DNA of 64,000 nt from Eledone cirrhosa. Taxonomy: Eukaryota. The stretch is from assembly GCA_964016885.1 (NCBI GenBank), contig OZ024763.1, positions 19,406,001 through 19,470,000 of the forward strand, read 5' to 3'. The position numbers and the translations under genes are program-made. Shown here one piece after another: positions 16,105-38,197 of the stretch (the stretch's first letter is position 1; each line of letters begins with the position of its first letter). The notes below the pieces were generated by a model. The model saw nothing but the letters and a program-made list of their open reading frames with translations. It was not told the DNA's origin and did not search any database.

Positions 16105-16169
16105 TATTTCATTATACATATTTCAAGGACACCAAGTTAAATTATTGTGTGCTTTCATCAGATAAAATA
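16105..16169 (-). ncRNA. Minimal type I hammerhead
   Basis: Reverse complement reads tattttat-CTGATGA-aagcacac...ggtgtcctt-GAAA-tatgta-TA-atgaaata. Confidence 0.7.
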
Positions 16170-16328
16170 TAATATAGACCAGTTTTATAAATAAATATTG
16201 ACATACCCTTAAAGAATGCGACCATTTCTGTTGGAAGTTCCCGGATAGACTATCCGGGAACTTCCAACAGTAATGGTCGCATTCTTTTAAGGTATGCCAA
16301 TATTTGTTTATAAAACTGATCTATATTA

Positions 16329-16393
16329 TATTTTATCTGATGAAAGTGCACTATAATTTAACTTGGTGTCCTTGAAATGTGTATAATGAAATA
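16329..16393 (+). ncRNA. Minimal type I hammerhead
   Basis: tattttat-CTGATGA-aagtgcac...gtgtcctt-GAAA-tgtgta-TA-atgaaata. Confidence 0.65.
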
Positions 16394-16516
16394 AATATGG
16401 TTTGATAAATATAGTTTCCATTTGTTAATATATCGTATTTTTACTCCAATAATTTGTTGAGTGCTTTATATCAGTTATAAAAATATTTGCTTGTTGTATC
16501 CCAACAATTTAAATAG

Positions 16517-16599
<83 letters not shown>

Positions 16600-16785
16600 C
16601 ACTCAGTGCTCCTTTGGGAGCCCCTACATGGACACACTAGAAGAGGAAGACCAAGGTTAACATATGTTGATGCCCTAAGGACAGACACTGGTCTGTTGGA
16701 GATGCAGGATATGGCAGCGATAATGAGGGACAGAGACCGCTGGAGAGAACTCGTCCATGGATCTCGGGATTTTACCCGCCTTAGA
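16600..16785 (+). mobile_element. RTE LINE extreme 3' end, 5'-truncated
   Basis: [28 protein letters not shown]...DRDRWR, near-identical to the 3' end of 28631-29208. Confidence 0.85.
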
Positions 16786-16788
16786 TAG

Positions 16789-16924
<136 letters not shown>

Positions 16925-16934
16925 ATATATGGGT

Positions 16935-17057
16935 GGATTGGCAGTTCAAATCCTGCCGAGGTTAACTTTGCCTTTCATCCTTACGGGGGCGATAAATAAA
17001 GTACCAGTAATACACTGGAATAACTACTGGCCTTGTACCAAAAGTAGAAACAATTAT
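16935..17057 (+). mobile_element. SINE 3' part
   Basis: gttcaaatcctgccgaggttaactttgcctttcatcc...gtagaaacaatta, shared with 38910-39022. Confidence 0.75.
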
Positions 17058-17477
17058 ATATATATATATATATAATAAAAGGACGATTTGTTATGTCTTC
17101 ATTGCGTTTATCGATTGGTGACGCGCGTTTCGCTATTGATCAGCTCAAGTTCGATCTATATCGATCTGGTCCGTTACAATCCCTGGATATATATATATAT
17201 ATATTGAATTTGCTTACCTAGTGCCTTAATTAGAAATAAATATATGAGGAGTTTAACGATTGATTATATTGAAAAGAAAAGGGAGAGGGAGGGAAGGACA
17301 AAGAAAGAGAGATAGAGATAGATATATAGATATATATAGAGAGAGTGAGTGAGTTGCAGTGAGAGAGAGTGAGTGACAGAGAGAGTGAGTGTCAGAGAGA
17401 GTGAGTGAATGACAGAGAGAGTGAGTGAATGACAGAGAGAGTGAGAGGGACAAAGACAGAGAGGGAGACAAAGACAC

Positions 17478-17509
<32 letters not shown>

Positions 17510-17543
17510 TGAGAGAAAGACATATAGAGAGAGAGAGAAAGAC

Positions 17544-17575
<32 letters not shown>

Positions 17576-19576
17576 CGAAAGACAGAGAGAAAGACATAGA
17601 GAGACAGAGAGAGAGGGAGACAGAGAGAGAGAGAGAGAGACATATAAATACACCCTTGCAGATGCTAAGCTGATGACGTCATAGTTCTTCCGATAACAAA
17701 CGAGGGGAAGCCAACAGATGCAGGTGCTTACACACATACATATATATATATATATGTATACACATACACACACATACACACATTCACACACACATACATA
17801 CATACACACACACATACATGTACATATATACATATATACACACATTCACACATACTTACATACATACACACATACATATACACACATACTCACATACATA
17901 TATACACACATACTCACATACATATATACACACATACATACAAACATACACACATACATACATACAAACAAACATACATATACACACATACATACATACA
18001 CACACACACACATACATACACACATACATACACACATACATACATATATACATACATACATACACAACATACATATATTGAGACGTACACATACATAGAG
18101 AGACATACACATACACACACACATATATATTGAGACGTACATATACACATACACACATACACACACACATATATATATTGAGACGTACATATACACATAC
18201 ACACATACACACACATATATATATTGAGACGTACATATACACATACACACATACATACATACAAATATATATTGAAACGTACACATACACATATACACAT
18301 ACATACACATATATATATTGAGATCTACACATATATACACACATACATATATACATGTATATTGACACATACACATACACACATACATATATATTGAGAC
18401 TTACACATACATACACACCTTCACACACTGAATGAGACAAACACACACACATACACACACATTGAGACACACACACACACCATCACATACGCAATATGAC
18501 GTACACATACATACACACCCTCACATACACACACATTGAGACGTACACACATACATACACAATAATACGTATATACACACATACGCAATGAGACGTGCGC
18601 ACACACACACACACACGCCCACGCACACTAATACACACATGACAAGTACGAATCACCTACACACTGATACACACACAGAGACAGACACAGACATACACAC
18701 CATCACATATACACACCCTTCGTACATACTAACTCATACACATATATAGTAACACACACACATACACACTGGCCTACACATACACACCCTTACATATACA
18801 CACTGACAGGTACACATTGACATGTTCACATATACACACACACACAAACTGACATGTTCCCCACATACACATTAACATGTTCACATAAATACACACACAC
18901 ACTCACACACACAATAGCATGTTCACATACACACACATATTAACATGTTCAGCCCCCCCCCCCCCACAAACTGTTATTATATTTAAACCATCTATATTAT
19001 CGATCCCAGTATGCCATTGTTTATGACTCAATATCCGGCTGTTTCTATTTTCCTTTATCATATATTCCTCGTGTATAGAAGCGGCCTTCCTCGTTGCGTG
19101 ACAACTTAAGGGACCTTATAGACTGGAGAGGAAAGACGCCATGATAGACAGAATAAAAACTTTTTAAATTCGGACTTGGTTTATAACAATTTTATCTAAT
19201 CTCTTCTCAACCCATCCACCCGGTGTTGAATCTCCCATCTCGCTTAGAAATTGTCAAAAAAGCTATTTTACCGGAAGTCTCTTATACACGAGTCAGATAC
19301 CGGAAGTTTTTTGCATAAATTATAAAGTTTGTTACGTATATTACATAGTTCTTACTTAGTTCTTCTGGAAGTTCTTTACGTACGTTATATAAGCCTTGTT
19401 TCTTAAATAGGTTTTATAGGCGAGTACATACCCCGTTATTTTTTACGGGTACTGAGCTAGGATATATATATATAGAGAGAGAGAGGGATTGCAAATCAAA
19501 TTCTCTAACCACTCATATATATATATGCGTGTGTGTGTGTGTAAAGTAAACAGAAATAACAAAGTAAACGACATAT

Positions 19577-19830
19577 GGCGCGTGGCTGAGTGGTTAGCGA
19601 ATTTGATTTGCAATCGTGAGGTTGTGCTTTCGATTACCGGACCGGGCGATGCGTTATGTCGTTGAGCAAGACACTTTATTTCACGTTGCTCCATCTGCCA
19701 GGATTTACGACCGACAGATAGTATTAACAATTGGAAAGACCAATGGAAACATTGTTTCCTCGGTCCGATTTGACTAGCTCCATTCCACCCGTTAAGCGAA
19801 TGAGGTCTGGGATCTTGTCGATTCACTGTC
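19577..19830 (+). mobile_element. tRNA-derived SINE with CORE-like motif
   Basis: A-box tggctgagtgg, degenerate B-box, tgtcgttgagcaagacactt; second copy at 58074; tail duplicated inverted at 20138-20209. Confidence 0.8.
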
Positions 19831-19924
19831 GATATATATCTATATACTACTAAAACTCTGATCTTGATTGCTTGCTTGCTTGCACACACTTTCTCTATAT
19901 ATATATGTTCATATTTGTGTATAT

Positions 19925-20016
19925 ACAGGTTGTCCCCCCCAAAATGTATACCCACTTTGATTGCCTATACATGCATTATTTGTTAGGATGGTGTATACAT
20001 TTTTAGGGACCCCGGT
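19925..20016. mobile_element. Short Tc1-like MITE, with a solo end at 20043-20082
   Basis: TA-flanked TIRs caggttgtccccccc aaaatgtatac / gtatacatttttagggaccccgg. Confidence 0.6.
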
Positions 20017-20233
20017 ATTATTATATATATATATATATATATATAGTGTCCTCGAAAAATGTATACACACTTTGATTACCTGTACTAGACTACTCGTGAC
20101 CCATCGGATCACGACTAGTCTAGTATATATATATACCTCGACAAGATCCCAGACCTCATTCGCTTAACGGGTGGAATGGAGCTAGTCAAATCGGACCGAG
20201 GAAACAATGTCTAACTTAATAGCACCACCTGGC

Positions 20234-20265
<32 letters not shown>

Positions 20266-20306
20266 GGGGGGGGGGATTGTAGTTTACTTGAAGCATTGCG
20301 TAGTGA

Positions 20307-20522
20307 GGTATAAACGTTTGGAGTTAGAAAGCCAGAACAATGCAGGTATGGATATAGGGTATAAATACAAATGCAAAAGATATTGCTGACAATTAGTCTT
20401 TTACCTTAAATTTATTTGAATAAATTTAAGGTAAAGGACTAATTGTCAGCAAGATCTTTTGCATTTGTATTTATACCCTATATCCATACCTGCATTGTTC
20501 TGGCTTTCTAACTCCAAACGTT

Positions 20523-20527
<5 letters not shown>
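20307..20527. repeat. Near-perfect ~110-bp-arm palindrome
   Basis: taaacgtttggagttagaaagcc... / ...ggctttctaactccaaacgttta, centred on taaatttatttgaataaattta. Confidence 0.9.
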
Positions 20528-20620
<93 letters not shown>

Positions 20621-20886
20621 AACGGAAAAAATTAAACGAAATTTCATTTCCCACTCTTAGAACGGCTGTTACTTAAATATAAGTATGTACACGTACATAC
20701 ATATATGTATACAGACGTACAGTAGTATGTATATATATATATACATACATGCACACATATATATATGTACGTATGGATTCACCGAACATTTATTATAATG
20801 CTCGGTGTGTTTGTAAACAAACATCCCGTATTAAGCCGTAGTGTCTAGCAACCATCGTTGCTCGTTTGTTCAACACTGACAAAGGA

Positions 20887-20929
20887 ACGCTGTACTAGTT
20901 TCAAGCTTATTAGCTATCGTCAGCAACGT
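20887..20929 (-). ncRNA. Minimal type I hammerhead
   Basis: Reverse complement reads acgttg-CTGACGA-tagct aata agctt-GAAA-ctag-TA-cagcgt; palindromic stem III ACUAGU as in the 467-bp array. Confidence 0.8.
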
Positions 20930-21025
20930 ATACCTTCCTGCCAGATTGTTGAACGTATATACTTACCTTATGCATATTAACGGCTGAGTAGCCCAATTTG
21001 CATATCGAGTATATATATATATATA

Positions 21026-21110
21026 TAACAAAGGAATTGTGGTAAGGAACCAAACGGACCATAACGCACCAGAGTACTCAATACTTAGGGTAGTAGAGTG
21101 GGAAATAGGA
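21026..21110 (-). mobile_element. Penelope-like pLTR fragment
   Basis: Reverse complement of 58610-58693. Confidence 0.75.
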
Positions 21111-21194
21111 TATATATTCGCCAGGCGGTGCTATTATGTTAGACATGGCCTGGGTTAATAGACTTTGCCCAGAGCTATAATAATTCAAAATTAA

Positions 21195-21254
<60 letters not shown>

Positions 21255-21315
21255 TGTAATAAACAACATAAGGTAATTATTTAAAAATCCAATGTCAATA
21301 AATACACCAGGATTT

Positions 21316-21375
21316 TTTCATTCTGACGACTGAAAGCAGATTTGTTTGCTTTCAAGAAACCACTGGTAAATGAAA
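21316..21375 (+). ncRNA. Type I hammerhead within an inverted-repeat island (arms 21250-21282 / 21373-21405)
   Basis: tttcatt-CTGACGA-ctgaaagcaga tttg tttgctttcaa-GAAA-ccactgg-TA-aatgaaa. Confidence 0.8.
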
Positions 21376-21471
21376 TAATTACCTTATGTTGTTTATTACA
21401 TAACTATTAAGCTCTGTAACCTACATAGAGCACTTATTTTTGCTGAACCTTTCCGACTTAATTACTTCATT

Positions 21472-21520
<49 letters not shown>

Positions 21521-21780
21521 GCGAAAACATTCATCGTAATGAATCCACCAATCAAAACAGCTTAAACTTAACGTGAGATTGTTTTGTACGCCATGTATAT
21601 TCATTGTCATCACTACCACATAGGTCCGACGAGCTTTTGATTCCAGAGTCGGGCTAGATCGATACAGATCGAATGTTGAGTTGATCAGTAGCGAAACCCG
21701 TGTCATCAACCAATAAACGTAATGAAGAATACATTTATTGTATTCAGCCATGTAGAGCGAAAATTTTATTTTATATATAG

Positions 21781-21899
<119 letters not shown>

Positions 21900-22048
21900 G
21901 TGTGTGTGTGTGTGTAGAAGAGATATTTAATTTGTTGAGAATCCAACAAATATAGATGTTTATAACTGATTCAGAGCACTCGACAGTTTTCTGGAGTAAG
22001 TATTCAATGATATTAAATAAATGGAAGCTATATTTATAAAACCATATT

Positions 22049-22110
22049 TATTCTATTATATATATTTCAAGGGTACCAAAAATTTTGGTACGCTATCATC
22101 AGATAAAATA
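22049..22110 (-). ncRNA. Minimal type I hammerhead (16.1-kb family)
   Basis: Reverse complement reads tattttat-CTGATGA-tagcgtaccaaaa t ttttggtaccctt-GAAA-tatata-TA-atagaata; partial inverted copy at 22189-22260. Confidence 0.75.
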
Positions 22111-22266
22111 CAAAATGTTTTATAAATATTTGACATGGCCAAGGATAATATACCTTATCGGTTCAACTTTCCAGGGGTAACTTAAACCGTACCCTTGAAA
22201 TATATATAATAGAATAAATATGGTTTTATAAATATAGTTCCCATTTATTTAATATCATTGTGTGTA

Positions 22267-22296
<30 letters not shown>

Positions 22297-22297
<1 letters not shown>

Positions 22298-23590
22298 CAT
22301 AAAACATGTCTTTAGAATCACTAGATATAATATATACCATTTCCTCTCCCAATTAGCATAATTAACCATATAAAAAAATCAATTAGACCAAGCTATAAGA
22401 ATAAAGGCTCCTATGAAGAAATCTCCGACAAATAACCGAAAGCAGCCTCTTCGCGGTGGCTACGATGGAGTATTTATCCAACATTTCGACAGCATGTAGA
22501 CATCGACCAGATATACAGTGAACCAAACACAATTAAGTGTAAATTTAAACTTAGAAGAAATGCGTACATACCTAATTACCTCTACCATGGTTTCGTCCGT
22601 ATTTTAAGACATCCGATAACAGGGAATGTCCAGAGCTTCGGACTCATCAGGAGCGAACTCAAAATTAGACATTTAATTTTCCAAAGTGATCGCGCCAAAA
22701 ATACATTCAAAAATGGCTAAGAATCGTTACGTGGCAGCGGTCAAGTTAGAAAGGATGTGATTAGTTGCTTACGGCGAGTAGGCTTATTGCTAGAAAGCGC
22801 AGCTAAATTTCGCCAAATTGTATCTCAACCTAACGGGAGATTATTATATATAAAGGTTTACATATATATAAAGTCATAGATATATATGTGTTTTGCAACA
22901 GGTCACGTTGTGGCTCAATGAAGAATTAATAAATTAAATAATCAGGGCTATATATCATAAAACATGTCTTTAGAATCACTAGATATAATATATACCATTT
23001 CCTCTCCCAATTAGCATAATTAACCATATAAAAAAATCAATTAGACCAAGCTATAAGAATAAAGGCTCCTATGAAGAAATCTCCGACAAATAACCGAAAG
23101 CAGCCCCTTCGCGGTGGCTACGATGGAGTATTTATCCAACATTTCGACAGCATGTAGACATCGACCAGATATACAGTGAACCAAACACAATTAGGTGTAA
23201 ATTTAAACTTAGAAGAAATGCGTACATACCTAATTACCTCTACCATGGTTTCGTCCGTATTTTAAGACATCCGATAACAGGGAATGTCCAGAGCTGTCGA
23301 AATGTTGGATAAATACTCCATCGTAGCCACCGCGAAGGGGCTGCTTTCGGTTATTTGTCGGAGATTTCTTCATAGGAGCCTTTATTCTTATAGCTTGGTC
23401 TAATTGATTTTTTATATGGTTAATTATGCTAATTGGGAGAGGAAATGGTATATATTATATCTAGTGATTCTAAAGACATGTTTTATGATATATAGCCCTG
23501 ATTATTTACTTTATTAATTCTTCATTGAGCCACAACGTGACCTGTTGCAAAACACATATATATCTATGCCTTTATATATATGTAAACCTT
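22297..23590 (-). mobile_element. Non-coding 658-bp unit in ~1.5 tandem copies plus ~300-bp inverted leader, inserted in (TA)n
   Basis: 22298-22635 is repeated at 22956-23293; 23294-23590 is the reverse complement of 22851-23150. Confidence 0.85.
22580..22653 (-). ncRNA. Type I hammerhead with extended loop II
   Basis: Reverse complement reads ctc-CTGATGA-gtccg...cggac-GAAA-ccatgg-TA-gag. Confidence 0.8.
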
Positions 23591-23673
<83 letters not shown>

Positions 23674-24011
23674 ACCATCGCTTTCCTCTAGCCATGGGGC
23701 TTGGAGACATGAACCGAATGCTACCATTCTATTTTATATCAATGTGAACTGCTATTTCTAATAGCCATCTTTTCACTCCTTAATAATTTGTGTGTGTTAA
23801 TAATTTGTCCTTCTGACAGGAACTAATAGATTGATTCTTTTTAGTTTCCCGTCCCCACGTAAAATTTGGAAATCAGTGGCTAGTTGAGAGATAGAGTCCT
23901 ATCGGTTGCCAGTTGCTAATCGCTTTACCGTGTCAGTTGACACAAACTGTCATGACCGGCACGGGCCGGTGTTTGGATTATGTCGATCGATTGATTATTG
24001 ATTAGGCGATA

Positions 24012-24121
24012 CCCGCTGATGAAGCCACATAAGTCGATTGTGCATTGTTGCATAATATATGCAGACAGATGGTGCAGTGTACCTTACTGCTGCATTAGTG
24101 CGGCAGAAACTCGAGTCCGGG
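24012..24121 (+). ncRNA. Type I hammerhead with ~80-nt stem II domain
   Basis: cccg-CTGATGA-agccacataa...ttagtgcggca-GAAA-ctcgag-TC-cggg. Confidence 0.7.
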
Positions 24122-24267
24122 ATTCCTTATAGGCACCCGTTTTACGTGTGTTGTGTTGAGGCAAATAACTATGTGTATACTCTGGTAATGTATCTTACAT
24201 TGCCCATTGAGTACGCTGAGATACAACCGGTAATGGCATTGATAAATATGCTGAATTCGTCAACCCT

Positions 24268-24313
<46 letters not shown>

Positions 24314-24329
24314 TAAAATAACAGATTAA

Positions 24330-24380
24330 AGTTTAAGCAAAGAATCGCTGCTTTCACCCTTAACGGGATCTTCTGAAACT
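24330..24380 (-). ncRNA. Hammerhead-like motif (CAGAAGA core); related fold-back copy at 61693-61800
   Basis: Reverse complement reads agttt-CAGAAGA-tccc gttaa gggt-GAAA-gca...tgc-TT-aaact. Confidence 0.45.
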
Positions 24381-24658
24381 AACAAAGTCAATCTGTAAAC
24401 GCAGAACTGGATATTTCAAAAAACGTTGCAACCGGAGGAAGACAGGAAGACGATACTTTGGTTAGTGGAAACGTTAGCTGGCTAAGAACGGGAAAAAACG
24501 AATATAATACGAATATTATTACTATATATATATATATATACATATATATATGTATATATTTGTATATTTATGTATATATATATGTATATATAATATATAT
24601 GTATATTTATGTATATATATATATGTATATATAATATATATGTATATTTATGTATATT

Positions 24659-24709
<51 letters not shown>

Positions 24710-24804
24710 ATATTTATGTATATATATATGTATATATAATATATATGTATATTTATGTATATATATATATGTATATATAATATATATGTATATTTATGTA
24801 TATT

Positions 24805-24872
<68 letters not shown>

Positions 24873-25005
24873 CAAAGGGATATTTAATTTGTTGGTAATT
24901 CAACAAATATATATATTTATAACAGATTCGAAGCACTCGACAGTTTTTCTGGAGTATAATATCAATGATATTAATAAATGGAAACTATATTTATAAAACC
25001 ATATT

Positions 25006-25066
25006 TATTCTATTATATATATTTCAAGGGTACCAAAACTTTGGTACGCTCTCATCAGATAAAATA
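25006..25066 (-). ncRNA. Minimal type I hammerhead (16.1-kb family)
   Basis: Reverse complement reads tattttat-CTGATGA-gagcgtaccaaag ttttggtaccctt-GAAA-tatata-TA-atagaata. Confidence 0.75.
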
Positions 25067-25139
25067 CAAAGTTTGTTTTATAAATATTGATATATCCAGG
25101 AATGAGACCTTAACGGTTCAAGTTCCGTTTGGATAGTCT

Positions 25140-25196
<57 letters not shown>

Positions 25197-25199
<3 letters not shown>

Positions 25200-25396
25200 C
25201 GAAGGAAATGTGGTAAGGAACCAGGTGGACCATAACGGACCAAAGTACTCAATACTTAGGGTAGTAGAGTGGGTAATAGGAACGAGTAGGACCCCGATGG
25301 CTGAGCTCAAGCCGTTTCGATATATATAAATATATATGTTAGTCCAGAATTAGCCGTCGAAACGGCTTGAGCGCAGCCGTCGGGGTCCTACTCGTT

Positions 25397-25400
<4 letters not shown>
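25197..25400. mobile_element. Penelope-like pLTR fragments, head to head
   Basis: 25197-25320 (-) and 25341-25400 (+) match parts of 58554-58693. Confidence 0.8.
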
Positions 25401-25448
<48 letters not shown>

Positions 25449-25624
25449 AAGTTATATTTAAAATTGTTGGGTTACAACTAGTAAATATTTATAACTGATA
25501 TAAAAGCACTCGACAAATACTTGGAGTATATTTACAATATTAAATATAGAGTGAACCTCTTCAAATGAAGTTGATGTTTATTACGGTATGTCGAATATAT
25601 TTATCTATAAAACTGTTTATATTG

Positions 25625-25690
25625 TATTTTGTCTGATGAAGGCATAGCATATTGTTAATATGATATCCCCGAAATATATATAATGAAATA
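25625..25690 (+). ncRNA. Diverged hammerhead of the 16.1-kb family
   Basis: tattttgt-CTGATGA-aggcatagcatat...atatgatatcccc-GAAA-tatata-TA-atgaaata. Confidence 0.6.
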
Positions 25691-26019
25691 AATATGGTTT
25701 TATAAATATAGTTTTCCATTTATTTAATATTGTATATATATATATATATATGTATATATATGTATACAGAAAGAGGGGGGAGGACCATATATTCGCGAGA
25801 AAACTTTATATATAGTATATATACAGAGTACATATTTCAAAGCAAAATATGTACTCTAGATGGAACCAATAAAATTCCTGAAAATGCCATTTCATGTCTT
25901 GTAAAAGAACAACCTAAAATTGATCTCTGTAATAAATCATCACAAACTATCGATTTTGGTTAAAAAGTGCATAATACATTAAAATTGAATTAGTATAAGA
26001 AAATATATTACATTCAACT

Positions 26020-26940
26020 TATATATATATATGTATATACATATATATATACATACATATATATACACATACATATATATATATACATACATATATATAT
26101 ACATACATATATATATACATACATACATACATATATACATACATATATATATACATATACATACATATATATATACATATATATATACATATATATATAC
26201 ATATATATATACATATATATATACATATATATATACATATATATATACATACATATATACATACATATATATATACATATATATATACATACATATATGT
26301 ATACATATATATATACATACATATATATATACATATATATATACATACATATATATATACATACATATATATATACATACATATATATATACATACATAT
26401 ATATATACATACATATATACATACATATATATATACATACATATATATATACATATATATATATATATACATATATATATACATATATATATACATATAT
26501 ATATACATATATATAAACATATATATATACATATATATATACATATATATATACATATATATATACATATATATATACATATATATATACATATATATAT
26601 ACATATATATATACATATATATATACATATACATATATATATACATATATATATACATATATATATACATATATATATACATATATATATACATATATAT
26701 ATACATATATATATACATATATATATACATATATATATACATATATATATACATATATATATACATACATATATATATACATATATATATACATATATAT
26801 ATACATATATATATACATACATATATATATACATATATACATATATATATACATATATATATACATATATATATACATATATACATATATATATACATAT
26901 ATATATACATACATATATATATACATATATATATACATAC

Positions 26941-27035
<95 letters not shown>

Positions 27036-27045
27036 CATATATATA

Positions 27046-27083
<38 letters not shown>

Positions 27084-27156
27084 TATATACATATATATAT
27101 ACATACATATATATATACATATATAAATACATATATATATATACATACATACATAT

Positions 27157-27189
<33 letters not shown>

Positions 27190-27498
27190 ACGAAGGAAAT
27201 GTGGTAAGGAACGAGTAAGACCCCGACAGCTGAGCTCAGCCGTCGGGGTCTTACTCGATCCTATATATATATATATATATACATACATACATATATATAT
27301 ACGTACATATATATATACATACATATATATATATATATACGTACATATATATATACATACATATATATATATATATATACGTACATATATATATACATAC
27401 ATATATATATATATATACGTACGTACATACATACATACATACATACATACATACATACATACATACATACATACATACATACATACATACATACATAC
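26020..27498. repeat. (TA)/(TACA) microsatellite containing a fold-back pLTR scrap at 27188-27262
   Basis: Direct inspection. Confidence 0.9.
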
Positions 27499-28315
27499 AA
27501 CACAGACCATAGAGGGAATAAACCATTCAAAAAGCCAGGCATGGAGTTCCGACAAGTTTATGACATCACACCTTGAGGGATATCTCTATGCAATACAGGA
27601 ACAAGAACTCCCTACCAAATATCTGCTGCACAAAAGAGGAGGGCCAGCAGCTGACAATAAATGTAGGCTATGTAAAACAAAAATCGAGGATGTAAGCCAC
27701 ACTGTTGCCAGCTGCGAAAGAATGTCATCTCGCTACTACCTCCCCATGAGACACGATGGGATAGCTAGAACCATCTGGAACGCACTTCGGAAAACAAAAT
27801 TAACAACAAACGAGGAAGAATATATTGAGACAGATGGCACTAAGGAATACTGGTGGAACCTGAAAATAAAAACTGCCACCAAATTAAAGCACAACCGGCC
27901 TGATATTGTAGTTTGGGACCACACATTGAAAACGTGTTCTGTTGTGGAGATCAGCTGCCCACTTGATGTAAACGTTGTCAGAAAAATACAGGAGAAGGAG
28001 GACATCTACGGACCATTGATGAGGAGTTTACAAATCCAGTATTCAAAAACAACTTTAGCTTCATACCCATCACTATTGGTGCTACGGGTTATATACCAAC
28101 CCGCTTGGACCAAAGTTTGACTGAACTTGGATTTGCGGACACAAAGCGCAGCTCCCTAATTCATAGTCTACAAATGGCTGCGATAGCTGGCACCTTCAAA
28201 ATTTGCAAAACATTCTTGCGATTCAAGGGATGACAATTTCTTTTCTTTTACAACCTTGCCACCAGGAAGGTGGCCGGTCAAAAAAATATACTCGAAATTA
28301 AGAGAAAGAGAAATC
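27499..28315 (+). mobile_element. 5'-truncated R4/Dong-like non-LTR retrotransposon (CCHC finger plus restriction-like endonuclease), frameshifted
   Basis: AIQEQ, CRLC...H...[26 protein letters not shown]; continues after a frameshift (~28050) as [10 protein letters not shown]...[11 protein letters not shown] (stop 28231-28233). Confidence 0.85.
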
Positions 28316-28320
28316 ATGCA

Positions 28321-28356
<36 letters not shown>

Positions 28357-28449
28357 TTATATATATATATATATATACGTACATATGTATATATATATAT
28401 ATATATATACATACATACATATATATATACATACATATATATATACTAC

Positions 28450-28481
<32 letters not shown>

Positions 28482-28630
28482 GCATATATATACATACATA
28501 TATATACATATATATATACATACATATACATATATATATACATACATATATATATACATACATATACATATATATATACATACCTATATACATACATATA
28601 TATATAAACATACATATATATATATACATT

Positions 28631-29207
28631 TCTAAGGCGGGTAAAATTCCCGAGATCCATGGACGAGTTCTCTCCAGCGGTCTCTGTCCCTCATTATCGC
28701 TGCCATGTCCTGCGTCTCCAACAGACCAGTGTCTGTCCTTAGGGCATCAACATACGTTAACCTTGGTCTTCCTCTTCCAGTGTGTCCATGTAGGGGCTCC
28801 CACAGGAGCACTGAGTGCAGTGTCAACTCTGGATTTCGGTGAGTATGTCCAGCTAACCTCAGTCTCCTCTGTGTCACTTTTGAGCTGACTTTTGGGAGGC
28901 TCCCATACAGCTCTGAGTTTTTCATCCTCAGTGTATACTGATTAATGTTCAGAGCCATCCACAGCATTCTCGTGTAGCACCCATCCACCATCTGTGGGAG
29001 TCTCTTGGTCAGTGTCCAAGTCTCAGACCCATACAGCAGCACAGACTCCACTACAGCAATGAAGAGGTGGATTTTCAGGTCTTTACGAAGGTCCGACTGC
29101 CACACCGATCTCAAGCTGTGGCACGCCGCCCAGGCTTTGCTCTTCCACTCAACCACATCATCTGCCGTATTCCCACTCTTTGGTCCCAAATCCAGGAAGG
29201 CCCTCAA

Positions 29208-29208
<1 letters not shown>
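28631..29208 (-). mobile_element. RTE-type LINE 3' fragment
   Basis: [15 protein letters not shown]...RRLRLAGH...[11 protein letters not shown]...DRDRWR. Confidence 0.9.
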
Positions 29209-37779
<8,571 letters not shown>

Positions 37780-37780
<1 letters not shown>

Positions 37781-38090
37781 TTAATAAGAGGAATTCCAAC
37801 TTTGTCTGATTTACTCGTTATATTTACAATGCTTTAAAATTTATAATGGTATTATAATGAAATAAGTGTTAATTGAACAAGTACTTTCATGCTTTCGCAA
37901 TCTTCAGGTTCATAATATGTGGTGACACTCAAGTTTGTAATTTTCATTGCGAAAGCATGAATGTACTTGTTCAATTAACACTTAGAATTTAATATTCTAC
38001 CATACTATTTCATTATAATACCATTATAAATTTTAAAGGATTGTAAATAAAACGAGTAAATCAGACAAAGTTGGAATTCCTCTTATTAAT
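37780..38090. mobile_element. Inverted-repeat island with a hammerhead (37875-37911, - strand) lacking a paired stem II
   Basis: Arms 37780-37901 / 37946-38090; reverse complement reads gaac-CTGAAGA-ttgc-GAAA-gcatgaaagtac-TT-gttc. Confidence 0.65.
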
Positions 38091-38148
38091 ATAATCTTCT
38101 ATACACAATCATACACACCCGTGTATATTTACCTATCTTTCTTTCTAT

Positions 38149-38197
<49 letters not shown>

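Larger units (their letters stand above)
16063..16435. mobile_element. ~185-bp-arm palindrome of a PLE pLTR-like family with a hammerhead on each arm
   Basis: Centre ccggatag-a-ctatccgg (~16249); related to 21925-22260, 24870-25140 and 25447-25730. Confidence 0.8.

Noticed and set aside
17110-17150. CTGATCA-atagc-GAAA-cgcgcg-TC motif (- strand; relative at 21675-21710, similar at ~61525-61548)
   Set aside because: The 3:8 pair is broken and stem I is weak; probably a degenerate hammerhead, not called
17670-17720. CTGATGA as a hammerhead core
   Set aside because: No downstream GAAA or stems
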